Positions 15,493-29,598 are shown, counted from the stretch's first letter. The stretch is DNA of 64,000 nt from Octopus sinensis (GCF_006345805.1 NC_043003.1:81716001-81780000), one strand, 5' to 3'. The notes: generated from the letters alone by a model not told the origin. Translations and numbers: made by a program.

Positions 15493-16570
15493 TATTGGGT
15501 TTTTATTCAGACAGGCAACTAATTTTAACATTAGTAATTGTTCAGTCTCTGTTATCCTACATCGGTGACGACGTATTTCGATATGACTTGATATTTTCAG
15601 TGAGTACATGATACCGACAAAGCTCACAGAGGTAGAAATGCTCATCTAATACTCTCATCTACAACTGCTGGACGATTTTCTTCAGCTACTGAAATAATTT
15701 GTTTTTCTAAACATAGCTTGTCCATAAGGAATGCCACCTCCGGACGAACTCCACAATAAATTTGTTGGCTTGTAAAGTTTCTACATTAAGTATGTACGGA
15801 TGTCTATTTAAATCTGATATTGCTCCTGTTGTATATATTACACATACATATATACAGAGAGTGCGAGAGAGAGAGAGACAGAGACAGAGACGGAGAGAAG
15901 CATGAGAATTAAGAAATATATGCCCGAAACACAGCATGTATTAGAAAATGTAGGATGAATCTAAAATTAACTAATTTAACTAATTAAGTAAGTAATTAAC
16001 TAATTTCAAATTAACTAAACTAAGACGTAAATATTCTCGGTTTCTCTCCGTACGTAGAAAACTAAATAGATTTGTCTTCACGGGTTGTTGACCATCAATT
16101 CAAAGATAAGACATAGTCCTTTTTCTTCTCCCCAAAGAGATAGCTTACGATGAATAGTTAATTAAATCTAAGTATATTTTCCGAGGACAAGAATAAGATG
16201 TTCTCAAATCCGTTTAAATTTCCAAAACGGATGACTTAAAGACTGCATCAGAATTATTTAAAACTTAGTTTACGTTCCTCTTACATGCTAACGTGTGCTT
16301 AAATGATTATAATTATACAATTACGCCGATGAAAAATACATGATACACAAATCAGACTTGCTATTACAAGATCTAATTTGTTATGGATTAAAGTAATGAT
16401 TGACTGTAAGTTCATTTCAGTGGCACACTGAGTGGTATTTGCATCTGATGACTGGTCAACAAATGCGAAACATGTTCAATCGTGTTTATTTTAGTGTGTA
16501 AAGAAAGTGTACAAAGCAAAGCTTAAAAAATAATAGTTTACATACTTTAAATGTATATTAGGTTTCGTTT

Positions 16571-16594
16571 CATGTGTATGTATGTATGCATGTG

Positions 16595-16626
<32 letters not shown>

Positions 16627-16720
16627 TGTATGTCTGTATGTATGTATGTATGTATGTATGTATGTATGTATGTATGTATGCATGTATGCATGCATGTATG
16701 TGTATGTATGTATGAATGTA
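16571..16720. repeat. (TATG)n microsatellite
   Basis: Direct reading. Confidence 0.95.
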
Positions 16721-16789
16721 TGCATATATATATATATGTATATAGACATACATACATACATATATGTATATGTCCACACGCACACACAA

Positions 16790-16822
<33 letters not shown>

Positions 16823-19084
16823 AATGTGTTCCTTTCTGTCGAAAAGCGTAAGCGCGAAACGTAAAAGACTTTCTCACCTTCTCGAGCGTTAAACTAATAC
16901 ACATGTTTGATGTTTACACACCCGTCTTGGTATTTTGCTTTATGTAAATTCCAACTATACATGTGTGTGTGTGTAATACATAAAATATCTATACGTATAT
17001 ATAAAAATGTATATGGCCGGTTAAAATGTATAAATAGTGTTTTTAAACCAAAATGTATGAAAAGGAAAAAGTAGATGCCCTGCATTTATTTGTAACTTCG
17101 GGGAAAGAAAGAAAATGAAATTGGTGTTGTTAGATGCTATCCTACTATGGAAATTATTGGAGTGTGCGAGTACCCTATTTAAATCTAAATATTGATGTAT
17201 CACGTATACTTAATCTTTTGGTATTGTGGATTTATGAAGAATGCCTCCATGAGGAATGCAAGAGTGTACGCAGTCGCTGAGTATCTTCTAAAACATTTCT
17301 GAAACTTGTCTAGCTGAACCTTATTATTTTTCTATCCTAAAAGATTATTGTATGTTAAACCGGTGTTTACAATTGTCTATGCAAAGGATGTTGACTAAAA
17401 ATCTATTGGTATAATCTGTTGTACTGTATACCATAAATCTACGTACATCATTTATGTAAAATCGATAGACATACTGATCATAAAGTTTTGTGGCTATAAT
17501 GCATAATTATTACTTTATCTTTCTTTCTCTCTAATATATATATCATGCATCACTTAATTTAGTAAACAGAAAGAAAAAAAATGAATAAACCGCTGCGGTA
17601 GATGTGATAACATTTTACGAGTGTGAATTCGTTTTCATTCTATTTATTTTCTTTTCTGGTAAGTTTATTCGTTATTGATATTCCACGTTTGTTTTCCCTT
17701 CACTTCTTATCATCTCACCCCTCATTTTAAACTAGAGCTCTTTCTTTTTGTAGCTCTAATCTTATCACTTTATTTAATGTATTTTTTTTATCCTTTCCAA
17801 ATTTACTTTTACTCTCCTCCTCCTCCTCTCCAATTTCTTTTTGTTTCTGCTCTGTCTTTATTATTATTTCTTCGCTAAGAAACAAATCATCAAGCCAAAT
17901 AAATAATAAACGTAAGTGCTGTAGAAATTAATCATGCAATCAGCCGATGTGAAATGATTAGAAGAAATAATAAATTGAACCATATATATGGAAGGAATCT
18001 GACGAAATAATTTTTTTCTTTACACTCAGAGTAAATCTCTAATTTAAGATCGTATGTAATGTGATAGATTCATTGGTAACTTACTCATTTAATGTAATCA
18101 TGGCGCAGTTTAGTTCGTTAACGGCCAGAAACTGATATGCACTATAACTAGATAACTAAGTACAATTCTTCCCATGAATCCGTCTTTAATGTTAAGCTAT
18201 CAACGCAGAATCAAGCCTTTCTGTTTTAAATCAGGTCTCAGCATTTGACTTATATTTTTGATCCAACATAATAAATAAATAAACTATATATTATTTGAAG
18301 TTACGAAGTGATAGCTAATATTAATTTCAGCCAGGGATTACTGAATGGATAGAATTAAGTTTAGTCTGCCTATCCAGAAACTGTTTTACTTTCTTTCAGT
18401 AGATAAAAAAAATTTACAGTACGTTTGATTTGATGTAAAACAATATAAAGCTGGAAATTTAATAGGAGCACTCGTATGCAAAGTATACAAGTTTAAGTAT
18501 GAAGTGTGACGTTAAGAACACCAATATCTCTGATTTTTATTTCACTAAGCTGGCAGTTGATAAGATGAATAAGATGATATTGATGAATAATTTATATAAA
18601 TAAGTGTATAGATAGTAAGCTTGTAATTTATTTCTTAAACAAACAATGTGAATTGTAGTAAATGAGTAAATCAAACATTGTATTATATTCGAGCTCAATC
18701 TTCTATTGTTATGTAAACCAACTTAGTTAAAATGGTATAATCAAAACGAAATGGAGAAAACAATATTAGTAAATAATTAACGTATTTAACCGTTACAGAT
18801 TATTGTTAATTGGTAGTGATTTGTAGCTAAAGGTCACTATATTGATGTATTATGGGCATCATAAATAGAAGACAAACGTGGCCATTAACATTTTGCTTTC
18901 AGGTATAGATTTATATGACTTATCGTATTTCAGGAGGGAGACAATAAGCAAATGATATGTATGGATTCTATTTATATAATAATTATAATCTGCCTACAAG
19001 TTATTTTCATTTTTTAATCTAAAAAAAAAGAAAAAACGAAATCATAAAGTTTGGGAAATATGAAAAGCCTGTGTCTTAATACTC

Positions 19085-19298
19085 CTTTCTGCTATAGGCA
19101 CAAAACCTGAAATTTGGAGGGCAGTGGGTTATTCGATTACATCAACGCCAGTGCTCAACTGGTTCTTATTTTGTCGACCAGAGGAAGATGAAAGGGGAAG
19201 TTGATCTCGGTGGAATTTGAATTTAAAACGTAAAGACGGATGAAATGTCGAGAAGCAGATTGTCCGGCGTGCTGACCATTCTGATAGCACGGTACCTA
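19085..19298 (-). mobile_element. Diverged SINE (family of 21146-21374)
   Basis: Matches the reverse complement of the 21146 copy across the GAATTTGAA B-box, the GATGAAAGG core and ACTGGTTCTTA. Confidence 0.75.
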
Positions 19299-19389
19299 TA
19301 ATAGTAGTAGTTGTAGTAATAAAAATAATAACAGCAACAACAATGGTTTTAAATTTTGGCAAAAGACCAGCAACTTCGGGTCAGGAGTG

Positions 19390-19558
19390 AAATCGATTAC
19401 ATCTACCTAAGTGCTCAACTGGTACTTATGTTATCGACTTCATGGGGATAAAGGCAAAGTCGGCCTTGGCGGAATTTGAAGTCAGAAGGTAAGGACGGAC
19501 GATATGCCGTTAAGAATTTTGCCCTGTGTGCCAACAATTCTGCTAGCTTGCCGCCTTA
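19390..19558 (-). mobile_element. Diverged SINE (family of 21146-21374)
   Basis: AACTGGTACTTATGTTATCGAC..AAAGGCAAAGTCGGCC..GGAATTTGAA core. Confidence 0.8.
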
Positions 19559-19574
19559 TGATGATGATGATGAT

Positions 19575-20395
19575 GATAATAAGACATGAAAACTGTTGGA
19601 CATTACACGGAGCCTTCCAGCCTAGGAGTGACACCGACAGGCTGCACTTCTCCAGAAGAAAGGGTGGGAGAGGTTTGATCAGTTGCCAGGATTGTATCGA
19701 AGCAGGAAACATCTTAGGCTGGTATGTAAAGAATGCTGTGGAGCCATGGTATAATGAAAGAAAAATTTAAAGAAAAGAACACACATATAAAAAAAACAAA
19801 CAGCATAGAAGGAAAAATGCACGGACAGTTTCCAAGATATACGAACGCCAAGACAGATACAAAAGACTTGTGGCTATGGATGAGGAGAAATGACCTGAAG
19901 GTGGAGACAGAAGCACTTCTATGCGCAGCCTAAGAACAAGTGTTAAGGACCAACTATGTGATGTGCAGAAAATAAAACACTACCAACAGCGACAAATGCA
20001 GGATGTGTAGTGAGAGGGGCAAAGCAGTATGGCACATCATTGGTGAATGCTCGTAATTGGCACAACGCGAATACAAAAGGCGCCATGATAATGTGACAAG
20101 AATGATCCATTGGGAGCTCTGTGGAAATCATGTCCTACAAAGAGCAAAGACGTGGTATGAGCAAAACCCAGAAGGAGTAACTGAGAATGAGAATTACAAA
20201 AATCCTGTAAGATGCAATGATTCAGTGCGATCACCTGACAAGACATCGGAAACCGGACCGAGTTCTGGTGGATAAAAAAAAAAGAACATGCATGATAATT
20301 GATATAGCATCTCTTGGTGACAACAGGGTCAAAGATAAAAGAGAAGAAAAAAATAAACGACTATGATGATTTGAAATGGGAAATATGAAGTTTCA
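19575..20395 (+). mobile_element. R4/Dong-clade (restriction-like endonuclease) non-LTR retrotransposon, 3' remnant
   Basis: Disrupted frames give GAFQPRSDTDRLHFSRRKGGRGL, GKMHGQF, KVETEALLCAA, CRMC..HIIGEC (Zn knuckle), YKRRHDNV and an RPDRVLVDK-like REL motif. It follows an (ATG)n tract. Confidence 0.85.
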
Positions 20396-21810
20396 AGAAA
20401 TTTTCTAGGTGGCTGCACTACCCTTTTCACCCCAAATTTCCTTTACGAGTAAATGTTGTTGGGCAGGTCCAGGGGAACGCCTCCCTTCTACACGTGGTGA
20501 GATATTTGATGTTCAAACTTGAACTTGGGCAAACGTGAACTAGAGCAAGGCACAGAAGTCAGGCTTTAACACATAACGAAGATGGTGTAAGCATTCACTA
20601 CCCCTGTTCGACCTTTCAGGGACACGTCACCTTTTCATGTTTTTCACAAGTTATTTTTTTTCAGGTGGGTATTTTGTCGTTTGTTTTAAAGTCTGTCACC
20701 TTATCCCGTTCTCCAGCCCACTTGTTCTAATTCTCATAAACGGATTGTGCAGTATTGCTGTCTATGCGTACTTTATAGTCATTTTCTTCTAACTGTCGTT
20801 GATGAGGGGACTCCTTTTATAGTCGTCTTCTGTATCCAAGAAAGAGGATTCTTGGGTCACGTGGTTCATACCTTGCATTAGGAAAAGTGGAATTTTAATT
20901 TGCAGTCTCATGGTTTGTGCATGGTGCCTCCTTAAAACTAACAAATTCCATGATTTGACTAACAGTTCTTAGAGATTTACTGCATTGTGCAGAAACCCCA
21001 TACGTGTGTTTTGTTCCCACATGTCTATCAGCTGAGCTACTGACCTTGGATACTGAATTTTAATGCTTTCATTATTTCTAGCGGTTACATTTCTGCTGTC
21101 TTTTCGTGGTCTTAGTTGTAATGTGTCACTAGTATGATTACCGAGGCGGTGAGCTGGCAGAAACGTTAGCACGCCGGGCGAAATGCGTAGCCGTATTTCG
21201 TCTGCCGTTACGTTCTGAGTTCAAATTCCACCGAGGTCGACTTTGCCTTTCATCCTTTCGGGGTCGATTAAATAAGTACCAGTTACGCACTGGGGTCGAT
21301 ATAATCGACGTAATCCGTTTGTCTGTCCTTGTTTGTTCCTTCTGTGTTTAGCCCATTGTGGGTAGTAAAGAAATTAGTATGATTACCGAGAAGCGATCGG
21401 CATCACAATCGTCGATATTACTGACGGTAACATCTGCGCTACCTTCTCCCAAATATTTAGGAATCGTACAATGTGAGCTTGCCCTATTCACTATTTCAAA
21501 ATAAAACAAGGTACCAATTGTTATGCCATTCCCGATTAAGGAAATTTTAATTGAACTATCTCCCACCGCTGCCTCCAAATTTCTGCTTAGATGCAACCAG
21601 AAAAGTCTTTGTGGCCTTGAGAAAACACAAGTCGGTTACTTTCCTACATGTGCCTCTGGAATTAACTGTGGTCGGCCGACGCTGTCATGTATACACAATG
21701 ATGGCAAGATTTGTTATTTCTACAAAATATTATATAGCAAGGGGGAATTTGTTTGAAAGTAAGATTACGAAGGATGACGTTCCTTTCTTTATATTTGTAT
21801 TTGCCGTGGT
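20393..21810 (-). mobile_element. Old RTE-like LINE remnant (RT to 3' UTR) interrupted by a SINE
   Basis: Weak by-eye similarity to RTE RT (..CRK..DLCFLKATKTF.. resembles EKCRE..FIDL.KAF; PRILFLG..R..ESP resembles PK.LFYG..R.G.P). Its 3' ~230 bp is shared with 23465-23680. Confidence 0.4.
21146..21374 (+). mobile_element. Young full-length tRNA-derived SINE with 16-bp TSD
   Basis: TAGTATGATTACCGAG at 21130-21145 and 21375-21390. B-box GAGTTCAAATTCC and core GTCGACTTTGCCTTTCATCC..AGTACCAG. Confidence 0.92.
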
Positions 21811-22379
21811 ATAATCATATATATACAATGGCTGATGTTGTTGATATTTATGATAACATTTCTTCTCGGTATATTTAAATTCTATGTTTAAATGTTTGTG
21901 TTTTCCACTCGTTGTTACTATTAATATTTTGCATTAATGTTACATATTCTTTGTTTGTTTTCTGTGTGTGTGAAATGATTTTCGTATATTTTCAGTTTTT
22001 TTTTTTTTGGTAGGCGTATCCCGAAATAGTCGTAGTTATTTTTGTCGTCGCTGACGTAAAGGAAAACTCTTTTGTTCAAAAATAAAAGCACGAACTTTAT
22101 AAATTTCTTTTGTCAGCCCCTGTAGGAGGAGATTCCAAACTTTAGGAAGTTATCTGTATGCTATTTTTTTCGGTAACAACACTATTTGAAAAGGTAATAT
22201 TTATCTCGGAAAGTTACTTCGTCTGCAGTGAATAACAATAACAGCAACAACAACAACAACAACAACAGCAACAATAGTAATAACAATAATAATGATAATG
22301 ATAATAATACAATAAAAATAAAAGAGAAATAGTTACACTAATATTAAAAACTGGACTCAATTCTAGAAATATGATATGC

Positions 22380-23240
22380 TAACCATACCAGTCATAAGCT
22401 ACAGCTGCAATATAATGAACTGAATTCAAAGAATATTGAGGAATTTAGACAGAATAACCACGAGGCTCCTAGCAGCATACTGAAGCCACCATCCCAAAGC
22501 AAATATTTACCGAATATAGACGCCCCGCTCACAAGGAGGGTATGACCTAATGCAAATACAAAACTACTGTAGAACAACATTTTAAAGCTGGACAAATACT
22601 CAGAAATAAATAATGGAAATCCTAAAAATGTAACAAACATGAAAAAATGACCTCTTTTCTATACATCAGGAAATGAGAAAGTAAAGAGAAACAGACCGCC
22701 ATGAAACCATATATTTAGGTAATAACTCAACAGAAATGGTAAAACATAAAACACATGAAAAGAAAATTAGAAGACATAGAAACAAACAAAAAAGAAGGAG
22801 AGAAAAACACTTCTTGAGCCAATATACTGCAATGCTTGATAATGAAGTAAGCCATAGTGAAAGTTAACAATGGATCCAAAGCAAAAACATGGTATAAGCA
22901 AAACCCAGGAGTAACTGAGAATGAGAATTGTAAAATCTTGTGGGATACAATGATTCAGTGCGATCACCTGACCAGACATCGTTATGTTGAATAAAAAAGA
23001 AAGAACGTGCATGATAATCAATATAGTATCTCCTGGTGACAAAAGGATCAAAGATAAAGTAGAAGAAAAAATAAATGACTATGAGGATTGGAAGTGGGAA
23101 ATATGAAGTTTGTGGACAAGGAGGAGCGTAAACGTGATAGCAATAGTAATTGGTACACTTGGAAGTTTCTTGAAGCATGGCCAGAAAATAAGTATCGCTT
23201 TTCAACATACCCAGCATTTCCCATCATACCCAACAAAAGA
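22380..23240 (+). mobile_element. Second R4/Dong-like LINE 3' remnant
   Basis: 22870-23105 aligns with 20140-20395 (CAAAACCCAG..GAGAATGAGAATT..ATGATTCAGTGCGATCACCTGAC..GGAAATATGAAGTTT). The upstream part encodes IPVISYSCNIMN. Confidence 0.75.
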
Positions 23241-23464
23241 ACCTTTGAGTTCTAATCATATAAAAATATAATAGTAATAATAATAAAATAGGGGGTTCTT
23301 TTTTAACTTCTATGTGTTTACATAACAGCGAAAACGTTAGATGATGATGTAATACAACAACGTTATGTTAAACATTGTCATGTTAACCATCAATTAACAA
23401 AAAACAAAGAAAACAAATTCAAACCATGATACAATCACCAAAAGTAAGGAGACATCCTAAAGCT

Positions 23465-24080
23465 GGTTTTTTTTCAAGAAATTTTTTGGGTGGCTGCACT
23501 ACCCTTTTCACCTCAAATTTTCTTTACGAGTAAATGTTGTTGAGCAAGTCAAGGGGAACGTCTCCCTTCCACACGTGGTGGGATATTTGGTGCTCAAACG
23601 TGAACTTGGGCAAACTAGGGCAATGCACAAAAGTCAGGCAGTAACACATAACGATGATGGTGTAAGCATTGACTTCTCCTTACTACACAAACTCTGCATA
23701 TGGCCACAATGCTCTGTTCCATTGATGTAGGAGACTGGAATCGGGAGGAATTTCCATGAGTTTGAGTATGGATCCGATCGTCTCTTAGTTGCCAGACGTG
23801 GCTGGCCAGCAATGTTACGTATCTCCTTTCTGGAACTCTGAAGGATGACCTCTGGTTGGCGAGGTGCTGCATGAATGAGCTCGTAGAATAGGGTTTGCTG
23901 GCAATTCCACTAGTACTTCGGCTTGATAGATTACCCCTTTGGTTTCGCAGTGGCCTCCGACTGGGCATCTGTTGGGGACCCTGCATGAACAACTGCTTCT
24001 TCGTGTGGCATAGAAGCAACATTAGATGGTGAAAGAACTCAGATAGGTCCCTGATCTCCTCCAAAATGACGAAGAGCTTA
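23465..24080 (-). mobile_element. RTE-like LINE 3' end with A-rich tail
   Basis: Shares ~230 bp with 20393-20620 and ends in an A-run on the minus strand. ORF track shows LASHVWQLRDDRI (resembles WAGHV.RM.D.R) and a terminal CxxC..H. Confidence 0.4.
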
Positions 24081-24895
24081 TATAGAATACACACACACAC
24101 ACACGCACGCACATATATATGCGGTTATTTATACACACACACAATCTGAAACGATTTAGAATTCTTTGCTTTATTTTATCGATTTGAAAAAGTATTTATG
24201 ATATCTTGAAATTGTTTACTTAGTCTAGCTTGTTCATTTGTTTATTTATGTTGCATATATTCATATAAAAACTAAATTAAGATAATTCCCATTATCACAT
24301 ATATACTCGTTTGATGACTGCTTGACCAGGTCAGATAATGTGGTACTATTTCGGTTACCGTATAAAGTCAGTTATTCCAATACAAGTTCAGAACTAAGCA
24401 TAGCTATTTTGAAATCATCTGTTTAAATTTAGCAACACAAATCAGGACTTATTTAGAGTTATCTATCTTGAAGTTTGTATTCAAGCGGAGCTCAGAATAT
24501 GCAATAATTTTCCAGTTCACTGTGTGTAGTTGCCGTGAAAGGATTTTCAATTTTCTGCCTCGCTGTTTCTTTATTAGCTTTCATTACAGCCAGTATACGA
24601 CGGAAATCTAACCATCTACACTCCAGTCGTTTTTCTATGATAGGTAGTTATTTCGGTGACATATCTTTGAATTACTCCTGATTGGAAGACTTTTCCTTTA
24701 GAAATTGTATGCTTTGTGAATCTTTATTCATAATAATACATATGGATTAATTCCTTTACATTATTCACTGAATAAATTATATTAACTTGAAATTTAATTG
24801 GCAACACATTTACAATGATGTAAGTTATGTGAACATTTCATGTAAAATAGAATATATCAACGTTTGATAAACAACTTAGCTTACATTCTAAAATA

Positions 24896-25735
24896 TACGA
24901 GGTGGTATCAAAAAGTTCCCGGACTAGTTATGTTTAATATAAAAATATAGCTTATTTACCTAAGTTTTAAGATAATCTCCTTCGAAATAGTTTCCTTGCG
25001 CAGCAATACACCGGCCCCAGCGTCCCTACCACTTTTTGTCTCCGGTCTGGAAGTTGTTTTCCATAAGCGAGACGATTTCGGAAATGATGCTAAAACGGCA
25101 ACCATTGAGCTGCATTTTCATCTTGGGGAAGAGATGGAAGACCGCAGGCGCTAAATCTGTTGAGAAGGGCAAGTGTGGAAGCGATGTTGTTTCTGGCCAG
25201 AAACTCACGAGTGTGGAGAGGTCAGTGACAGAGTGAATTGTCGTTGTGAAGAATCCAGTTCTTCGTGCACCACATCCGGGCGCTTTGGAGAATGGACTCC
25301 CTCAAAATTTACAACGTCGCAGACGAACCCTCGATCGACGGCCTGGTCCTGGGGGACGAATTATCAATGAACAATAGCACATTTCCTGGTATGAATGTCG
25401 CGGTGGTTTTTCCAGCTCACTCAGCATCATCTAGGGATATTCTTTTGCTTTGCAGCGCCCGCGTCACTAGAAACATAGCGCACGACCCATTGCTTTGTCA
25501 CCGTAAGCTTGCAGAAGCATACTCAGTGTCTCTGTAGTAGTCTTCTCAAGTTTAGCGAAAAATTTCAAGTTGCCATTTTGTTCCTGTCCATGACAAATCT
25601 GCAGACTATAGCATACGCGTAATCACAAAAAGACAAATTTGGCAACTTGCGAAGTAAACATCGACGTCACTACCTCAAGAAGGTCAATGCTAGCTTTCAC
25701 TGCGCATGCAACCGAGTGCTATAGAATAACCTGTA
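24896..25735 (-). mobile_element. Internally deleted mariner element
   Basis: TA + TIR CGAGGTGGTATCAAAAAGTTCCCGGAC at 24896. LPHLPFSTDLAP (YSPDLAP motif) and an N-terminal KF..KL.K..TETLSML.QAYGD segment. No second TIR found. Confidence 0.85.
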
Positions 25736-26029
25736 CAATATTGAGTGTAAGTGAAATATAGTTTCAAATGCCTCTCTCGTTGGGATGTGGAATAGTTAGA
25801 TATTTCAGTGTAAATTTGACTCAAAAGAAATATGTGCAGATGAAAACAGGTTTTGTCTGAACTGGTTGGGTTGAGTAGATCTCTGTATATTCATACAACA
25901 TCATTCAATATCCAATATCATAGAAACACACGAATATTACAATAAGCATTTTATTCTATATACAAACAACTAGGCCAATACACTATTCTCTAATAATCGT
26001 TTCTCATTTTTATCGAACATGATTTGATC

Positions 26030-26370
26030 AGTATTTTATATTTCAACTCGAAATGATGAAAGACAATGTTGTGCACCTCGGGATTTGAACATAGAATGAA
26101 AAGACCCGGAAAACAAAAGGCCACAGATATTCTGTTTTCAGTACTGTAACGAGTCTGCTAGATCGCAGGTTTAATAATGATAATTCATTCTACTACAGGC
26201 ACAAGGACTTAAAATATGAGAGGCAAAGTCATTTATGGCGGAATTTGAACTCAGAACGTAACGATGGACAAAATACCGCTAAGCATTTTGCTCGACAAAC
26301 TAACGATTCTCCCACCACTCCACCCAGGAAGAAGAAAAGGCGGTGTTTGAACTCAGAACGTAAAGACAGA
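26030..26370 (-). mobile_element. Tandem degenerate SINE fragments
   Basis: Repeated GGAATTTGAACTCAGAACGTAA-like B-box segments at ~26083, ~26240 and ~26347. Confidence 0.65.
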
Positions 26371-26374
26371 CACT

Positions 26375-27675
26375 CCCTGCAACCATGGAACAACTGAAAC
26401 AACGATTACGACTGAAAGCCCAACGGCTTAGAAGATATGACATATGAATTATATTTTATTAACAAAACCAGATATTCAAGACGGGGAAAAGTAATTTTAT
26501 AGGTAAAATGGCAAAAATAAGAAAGAAGTAAAGGAGCCACGGAACACTGAGGAAATGGAAGAGTTCTGGAAGACGATATGGAGCAACAAAAAAGAATATA
26601 ATGCTAAAGCTGACTGGATAGAGTGTGAGAAAGTGATGTTGAACTGAAGTTCAAGAGCAGAAATGGGAGGCGATAGGAATAGAAGAGCTAAAAGGAGTTC
26701 TTATGAAGTCTCACAAATGGAGAACCCCAGGACCTAATTCCTAACTTCTGGCTAAATTGTCTGACAGAAGTACACACAATTTCGCTGCATCTCTCACTGG
26801 TGTCATCCAAGACCCAGAGCAAACACCTGCCTGGCTGAACAGCATACCTTCTCCCAAAAATTGAAGACACGCACAAAGAAAAAAAAACAACAAAGAACTA
26901 CCGGCCAATAACATGTCTCAACCCCACCTGCAAGATCCTCACATCATTATTAACCTACAGAATATATGTTTTCTTTGAATGGAGATCTATCTTTCCACAA
27001 GATCAAAATGACTGTAAAAGGAATTCTTATGGCTGCAAAGATCGATTACTCATAAGTAAAATGATTGTAGAGAATTACCGGAGCAAAAGAAAAACCTGAG
27101 TATGGCATGGATAGACTACAGGAAAGCAATTTATGGTGTCCCTCATAATTGGCTACTCAAGGCCCTCGATATATACAAAATCTCTCCTGTCGTCTCCAAA
27201 TTCTTACAAGGTAGCATGGCCAAGTGGAACATAATCTCTTTCTAAACCATAGTAATGGGATGAGCCAAACTAACAACATCAACATCACACGTGGCATCTC
27301 TGAAGGTGACTCTCTCTCCCCATTATTCCTGTCAATACTGACAGAACGATCCAGGGTAATCGAACAGGCATAATTATTAAAGACAAGGAAGAAAATACTT
27401 GTAGACTAATAGATGTAAGTGTTCTCACCGAGAAAAAATATATATCAAGGAATTTGACAAACTAAGTAAATATAAGGACCTGGAAACTGAAATACAAAAT
27501 ATGTGGCAACTTAAAACGAGAACTGTTCCTGTTATTGTAGGTGCCCTAGGTATGATAAAACATGAGATGTCAGAAACATCTAGGTAAGATGCCAGGAGAA
27601 CCATGTCACCGAGAAATCCAAAAGACTGTACTGACAAGTAAAGCCCACGTCCTTAGAAAAACACTATCCATTTAA
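26375..27675 (+). mobile_element. R4/Dong-clade LINE remnant with internal deletion
   Basis: LKQRLRLKAQRLRRY, EEFWKTIWS, GPDLIPNFWL, KNYRPITCLN, YGCKD, SMAWIDYRKA and GDSLSPLL are joined directly to NRTDIII..LIDVSV..SKYKDLE..PVIVGALG..RKTLSI* (stop at 27673-27675). Confidence 0.9.
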
Positions 27676-28119
27676 ATGTCGGTGTTGATGATAGAATATT
27701 AAAGAAGTATAAATATTAAAGAAGTATAAATGATGTATACAAATATGTAGAAATATATATTGATATACATTTGCGGTTGCATGTGTCCGCGTGCGCGCGC
27801 AGGTGTGCTTGTGTGTGCGCCGCGCGTAGTGTTTATCTAAATAGATCAGGAGTGACCTTTTCCTCTGAAGTTTCTACAGTATAGAGTTTGTACAGATGCT
27901 ACTCTAGACAACTTAGCCTTGGCCCGCTCATGCTTGTTTGAAGAGGGTTATATAACAATGAACTTGACTTCCAAGCCAGCGGCGGCTGGAGTGGCTTAAA
28001 TTGTTACTTTACTTTTGTATTGAGAATTTCTCCAGATAGTTATCCAACAGTAGACAAACACACAAACACAGACAAATACACAAAAACGTGCGCGCGCATA
28101 CACATGCCTGTGTATGTGT

Positions 28120-28156
<37 letters not shown>

Positions 28157-29554
28157 CGAGAGTTTTAGCTCTCATTTCAATCATTCTAGTCGCATTTAGT
28201 TACAGTTTCCTTTCTCGTAAAACATTGCAAACGGAAAAAATGGATTTACATACAGAAAAGTAAGTCCAAAATCTGCCGAAGTAGAGCGGTTCCTTATTCA
28301 TGAGTGAGCGAAAATTGCCGAAACTGAATTCATTAACTGGAATTCTGGACCGGTATTTTCAGATGATTATAGTCCCTGTCTGTATATATGTATAAATTAT
28401 CTGCTTTCACTACAGTATTAGAGCACTAGCAATGTAGGTGTTTCTAACACCCTAGTCACATTTAGAGGCAATTATAGTTTTCCTCTTGGTAAAACATTGT
28501 TAACTGTTGTATATATATATATATACATATATATATACATACACACACATATGGGAAGATAGGTAAATAATAGGCACTCACATTTGTTCATATACATACT
28601 GACACTGTCACAAACTTATTATATGTTCTGTGTATGTGTGTGTGTCAACGTGTGTCTGGGTGCATGCGACCGCGGTAGTGCGTTGTTTTTTCTTGTTTTT
28701 TTTTTGTATCATGTGAAATGTTTGTTATAACATTTCCATTAAACTGACGAGTTCTTTTTCTATGATTCCTTCCACATATGTGTATCTCATTCATCGAAAA
28801 TCAATGGCATTTTAAATTAATATTTTCATTATTAATATAAAATCACTAAAATAAGATATGAAAGAAAGCGATATCACCAGATTTGTGACGATATTTTTAG
28901 CGACGGGCTATTAAAAACTTATAGACTGCCATTATATTTATAGTCACTTTTGGAATATTAAATTGCATGGAACATCAAAGTGTGGTGGTGGATGAGCAGA
29001 AATATTAGAATAACATTTTACTTCACGTGTGCCGGCTGTCTAAGATTTTAGATGAAATCATACCGATTTGAAGCTTCGGTAACTGAAATCCCTCCTAAAA
29101 ACATTTACTTTACCTGTTGTTTCTATTGGATCAAGTGCAGTGTAACAAGTGGTGCAACTAGAATTAGGTCGGCTACCTGAGAAGGAGTATATTCCTCAAT
29201 GTATTAAGAAATAAGTCTGGAGCCAGCAATTCGAAAAAATATGCAGAGATAAGGAGAAGGCCGTTTTAGAAAAGTAGGAGCTAAATGGGTGATTTGGTGT
29301 TCTGGGCGTGTTAGCCTAAAGAGAATGGTTTTTAACAATGAGCATACATATCCTGAAACAGCAAGGTATACACACAACAGTTAAAGTTATGTGGTAATTT
29401 TACATCCTCTTCGATTTCTTTGATAGAAAAAGTTAACTTTATACGATTTTCACTGTGTCTTAATCTATATTTTTCTTATTTTTCACCCGTGAATCGTTAC
29501 GTAAAGCGGAGTTATTAACGCAGACTGTCTGTATTTAAATAATAGATACATTTC

Positions 29555-29598
<44 letters not shown>

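Noticed and set aside
17272-17315. CTGAGTA..GAAACTTGTC HHR-like string
   Set aside because: The core is wrong and neither stem I nor stem II pairs.
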